Below are positions 41,746 through 43,840 of a stretch of 43,840 nucleotides of DNA, in pieces. Source of the DNA: Octopus bimaculoides (Eukaryota). Every line of letters starts with the position of its first letter. The first letter of the stretch is position 1. Both the position numbers and the translations under genes were made by a program. The DNA is taken from NCBI RefSeq assembly GCF_001194135.2, contig NC_068999.1, positions 50,244,074 through 50,287,913 of the forward strand. Reading direction: 5' to 3'. The notes under the pieces are model-generated. The model had not been told where the DNA came from, made no database searches, and saw nothing but the letters and a program-made list of their open reading frames with translations.

Positions 41746-43329
41746 GTGTTTAAGATGGAGAAGAAACATTTAAAATTGAAGAAAGAATTTCAGGGAAGAG
41801 ATAAAATTTAAGATGAAATGAAGATTTTGGTTGGAAAGGTAAATTTAAAACAGATGGAAAATTTTAATATAGAAAGATGAATTCATGATAGAGGGGGTAA
41901 CATTTAAGATGGCGGACTTGAAATTTGAACGCAGAAGGTACTACTTTATTTATTGAAAACCGAAAGGATGAAAGTTAAAGTTAACTTCGCCTTGTGTCTC
42001 CAAGTAATCTTCAGGCTAGGAGACACTAGGCCTGTTTTGAAACCCGCCTAGTTAATATCTTCAGTGTATGAAACTATAAGTAGCTCATAACTATATACTG
42101 TGTTCATTAAACAATAGTTATCTCTCACCAGATGGAGTACTTTTTTTGTGGATCTTGCCTTAACGCAAGCATTTACTATATATATATATATNNNNNNNNN
42201 NNNNNNNNNNNNNNNNNNNNNNNNNNNNNNNNNNNNNNNNNNNNNNNNNNNNNNNNNNNNNNNNNNNNNNNNNNNNNNNNNNNNNNNNNNNNNNNNNNNN
42301 NNNNNNNNNNNNNNNNNNNNNNNNNNNNNNNNNNNNNNNNNNNNNNNNNNNNNNNNNNNNNNNNNNNNNNNNNNNNNNNNNNNNNNNNNNNNNNNNNNNN
42401 NNNNNNNNNNNNNNNNNNNNNNNNNNNNNNNNNNNNNNNNNNNNNNNNNNNNNNNNNNNNNNNNNNNNNNNNNNNNNNNNNNNNNNNNNNNNNNNNNNNN
42501 NNNNNNNNNNNNNNNNNNNNNNNNNNNNNNNNNNTATATATATATGCTAATATATATGAATATGTGAGTATATATAATGTATATATATATGTGAATATAT
42601 GTGTATATATATATTATATATATTATATACATGCATACGTACATACATACATGCACACACACATATATATACGCAATAACGGTGTATAATGCACTTGATG
42701 CTCTCTCATTCAACTTCCAGTCTACCGACCATCCAACCAACAAGCCAATCGGTCAGCCACCCAACCAGCCGACCAGCCACCCAACTACCCAGCTACATAG
42801 CCACCCAACCGACCGACCGACCGGCAACAAATATAATGCAATCAGCCGCATAGATTACTAGATTATTTATGTATCTGAAGTAATAAATAACCAAAGCTTT
42901 CAGCATAATAACAGACCTAATCATAAAGAGTCCGAAAGTGGATGCTTAAAAACCCCCCAAAAAACATTAATAAGAATTTCTATAATAGCACCGAGGCAAA
43001 AAAATAAAAATAAAAAATAAATTAAAAACAAGAATAAATAACGTGTTTATGTTGGTTATTTATATATTTATTTATTATGTTTTTTTTTTTTACCTAAACT
43101 TAATTGGTTTGTGTTTGGATAGAAATAGAGACAACGGCGGCTGTTTAATGAAAGGATAAGATATCTACGTTCCTGATACGAATGATATTTTCATCCTTCT
43201 TTTCAAACTGTGCAACTAAAACGAAATTTTAAAGCCATTTAGAACCACGTCATAAGTAATAGACGTCGTCCGGGATCATGACGACGATTATTCACCGTCT
43301 TTTATTTCTAAATGTTATCGAATGTTTTT

Positions 43330-43560
43330 ATCTTTATCTTTTGTTTTCCACTTGTTTCAATCATCGAATTGCGGCCATGCTGGAGTACCACCTTGAAGGG
43401 TTTTAGTCGGGTAATTCAACCCCAGTATTTATTGTTTTTTTTTAAAGTCTTGTAATACTTCTATCGCCCCTGTTTTGCCGAACTGTTAAGTTACTGAGAC
43501 GTAAACAAACCAACACCAGTTATTAAGTGGTGTAGGGCATACGAGCACAAACACAAAGAC
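43330..43560 (-). mobile_element. SINE family C 3' half
   Basis: cttgtttca.tcat..aattgcggccatgctggag.acc.ccttgaaggg...ttttgccgaact..taagttac...gacgtaaac. Confidence 0.75.
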
Positions 43561-43694
43561 ACGCATGTGAAGGTGAGTGGCTTAGTGGTTAGAGTAATGT
43601 ATATATATATATAATACTCTATTGAAATCTATGTATATATACTTTTGTAGGTAATTTTGTTGTAGCTTAGGAGAGTCATAAAACGAACGTTCGT

Positions 43695-43794
43695 TGGCTC
43701 TCCGTCGCTTACGACGACGAGTGTTCCAGTTGATCCGATCAACGGAACAGCCTGCTCGTGAAATTAACGTGCAAGTGGCTGAGCACTCCACAGA

Positions 43795-43800
<6 letters not shown>
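43695..43800 (-). mobile_element. SINE family A 3' end, running into (TG)n at the window edge
   Basis: ttggc.ctccgtcgcttacgacg..gagtgttccagttgatccgatcaacggaacagcctgctcgtgaaattaacgtgcaagtggctgagcactccacagacacg. Confidence 0.85.

Positions 43801-43840
<40 letters not shown>

Noticed and set aside
42700-42830. Pro/Thr/Gln-rich ORF from ccaa/ccga/ccag repeats
   Set aside because: Degenerate tetranucleotide microsatellite, not coding.

Overview
Eukaryotic, AT-rich, microsatellite- and SINE-dense draft scaffold with many N-gaps. The repeat make-up looks like Octopus/cephalopod DNA (inference, not verified). Two spliced protein-coding genes lie tail-to-tail. (1) A + strand GT11 alpha-1,2-fucosyltransferase (FUT1/FUT2-like), CDS join(3762..4054,5302..5977), 322 aa. 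(2) A - strand plasma-membrane-type Na+/H+ exchanger (SLC9A/NHE) spanning 38845..8265. I rebuilt it by hand from 21 phase-consistent GT-AG coding exons, plus two tentative cassette exons and at least one exon that is missing and probably lies in an N-gap. Most of these exons are too short for the ORF track. The rest is intronic or intergenic transposon debris: RTE-type LINE fragments, REL-endonuclease non-LTR fragments, a decayed mariner, MITEs, several tRNA-like SINE families and microsatellites. Nearly all other ORFs in the track are artefacts of repeats or gaps. I found no novel multi-gene system. The best leads concern RNA processing: a SINE-derived (ATT)n tail serving as a splice-acceptor tract, a candidate cassette-exon pair abutting a long (UG)n, and a ~240-nt near-perfect intronic hairpin. 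Decayed tandem C2H2 fingers and a possible methylation footprint are also worth checking.
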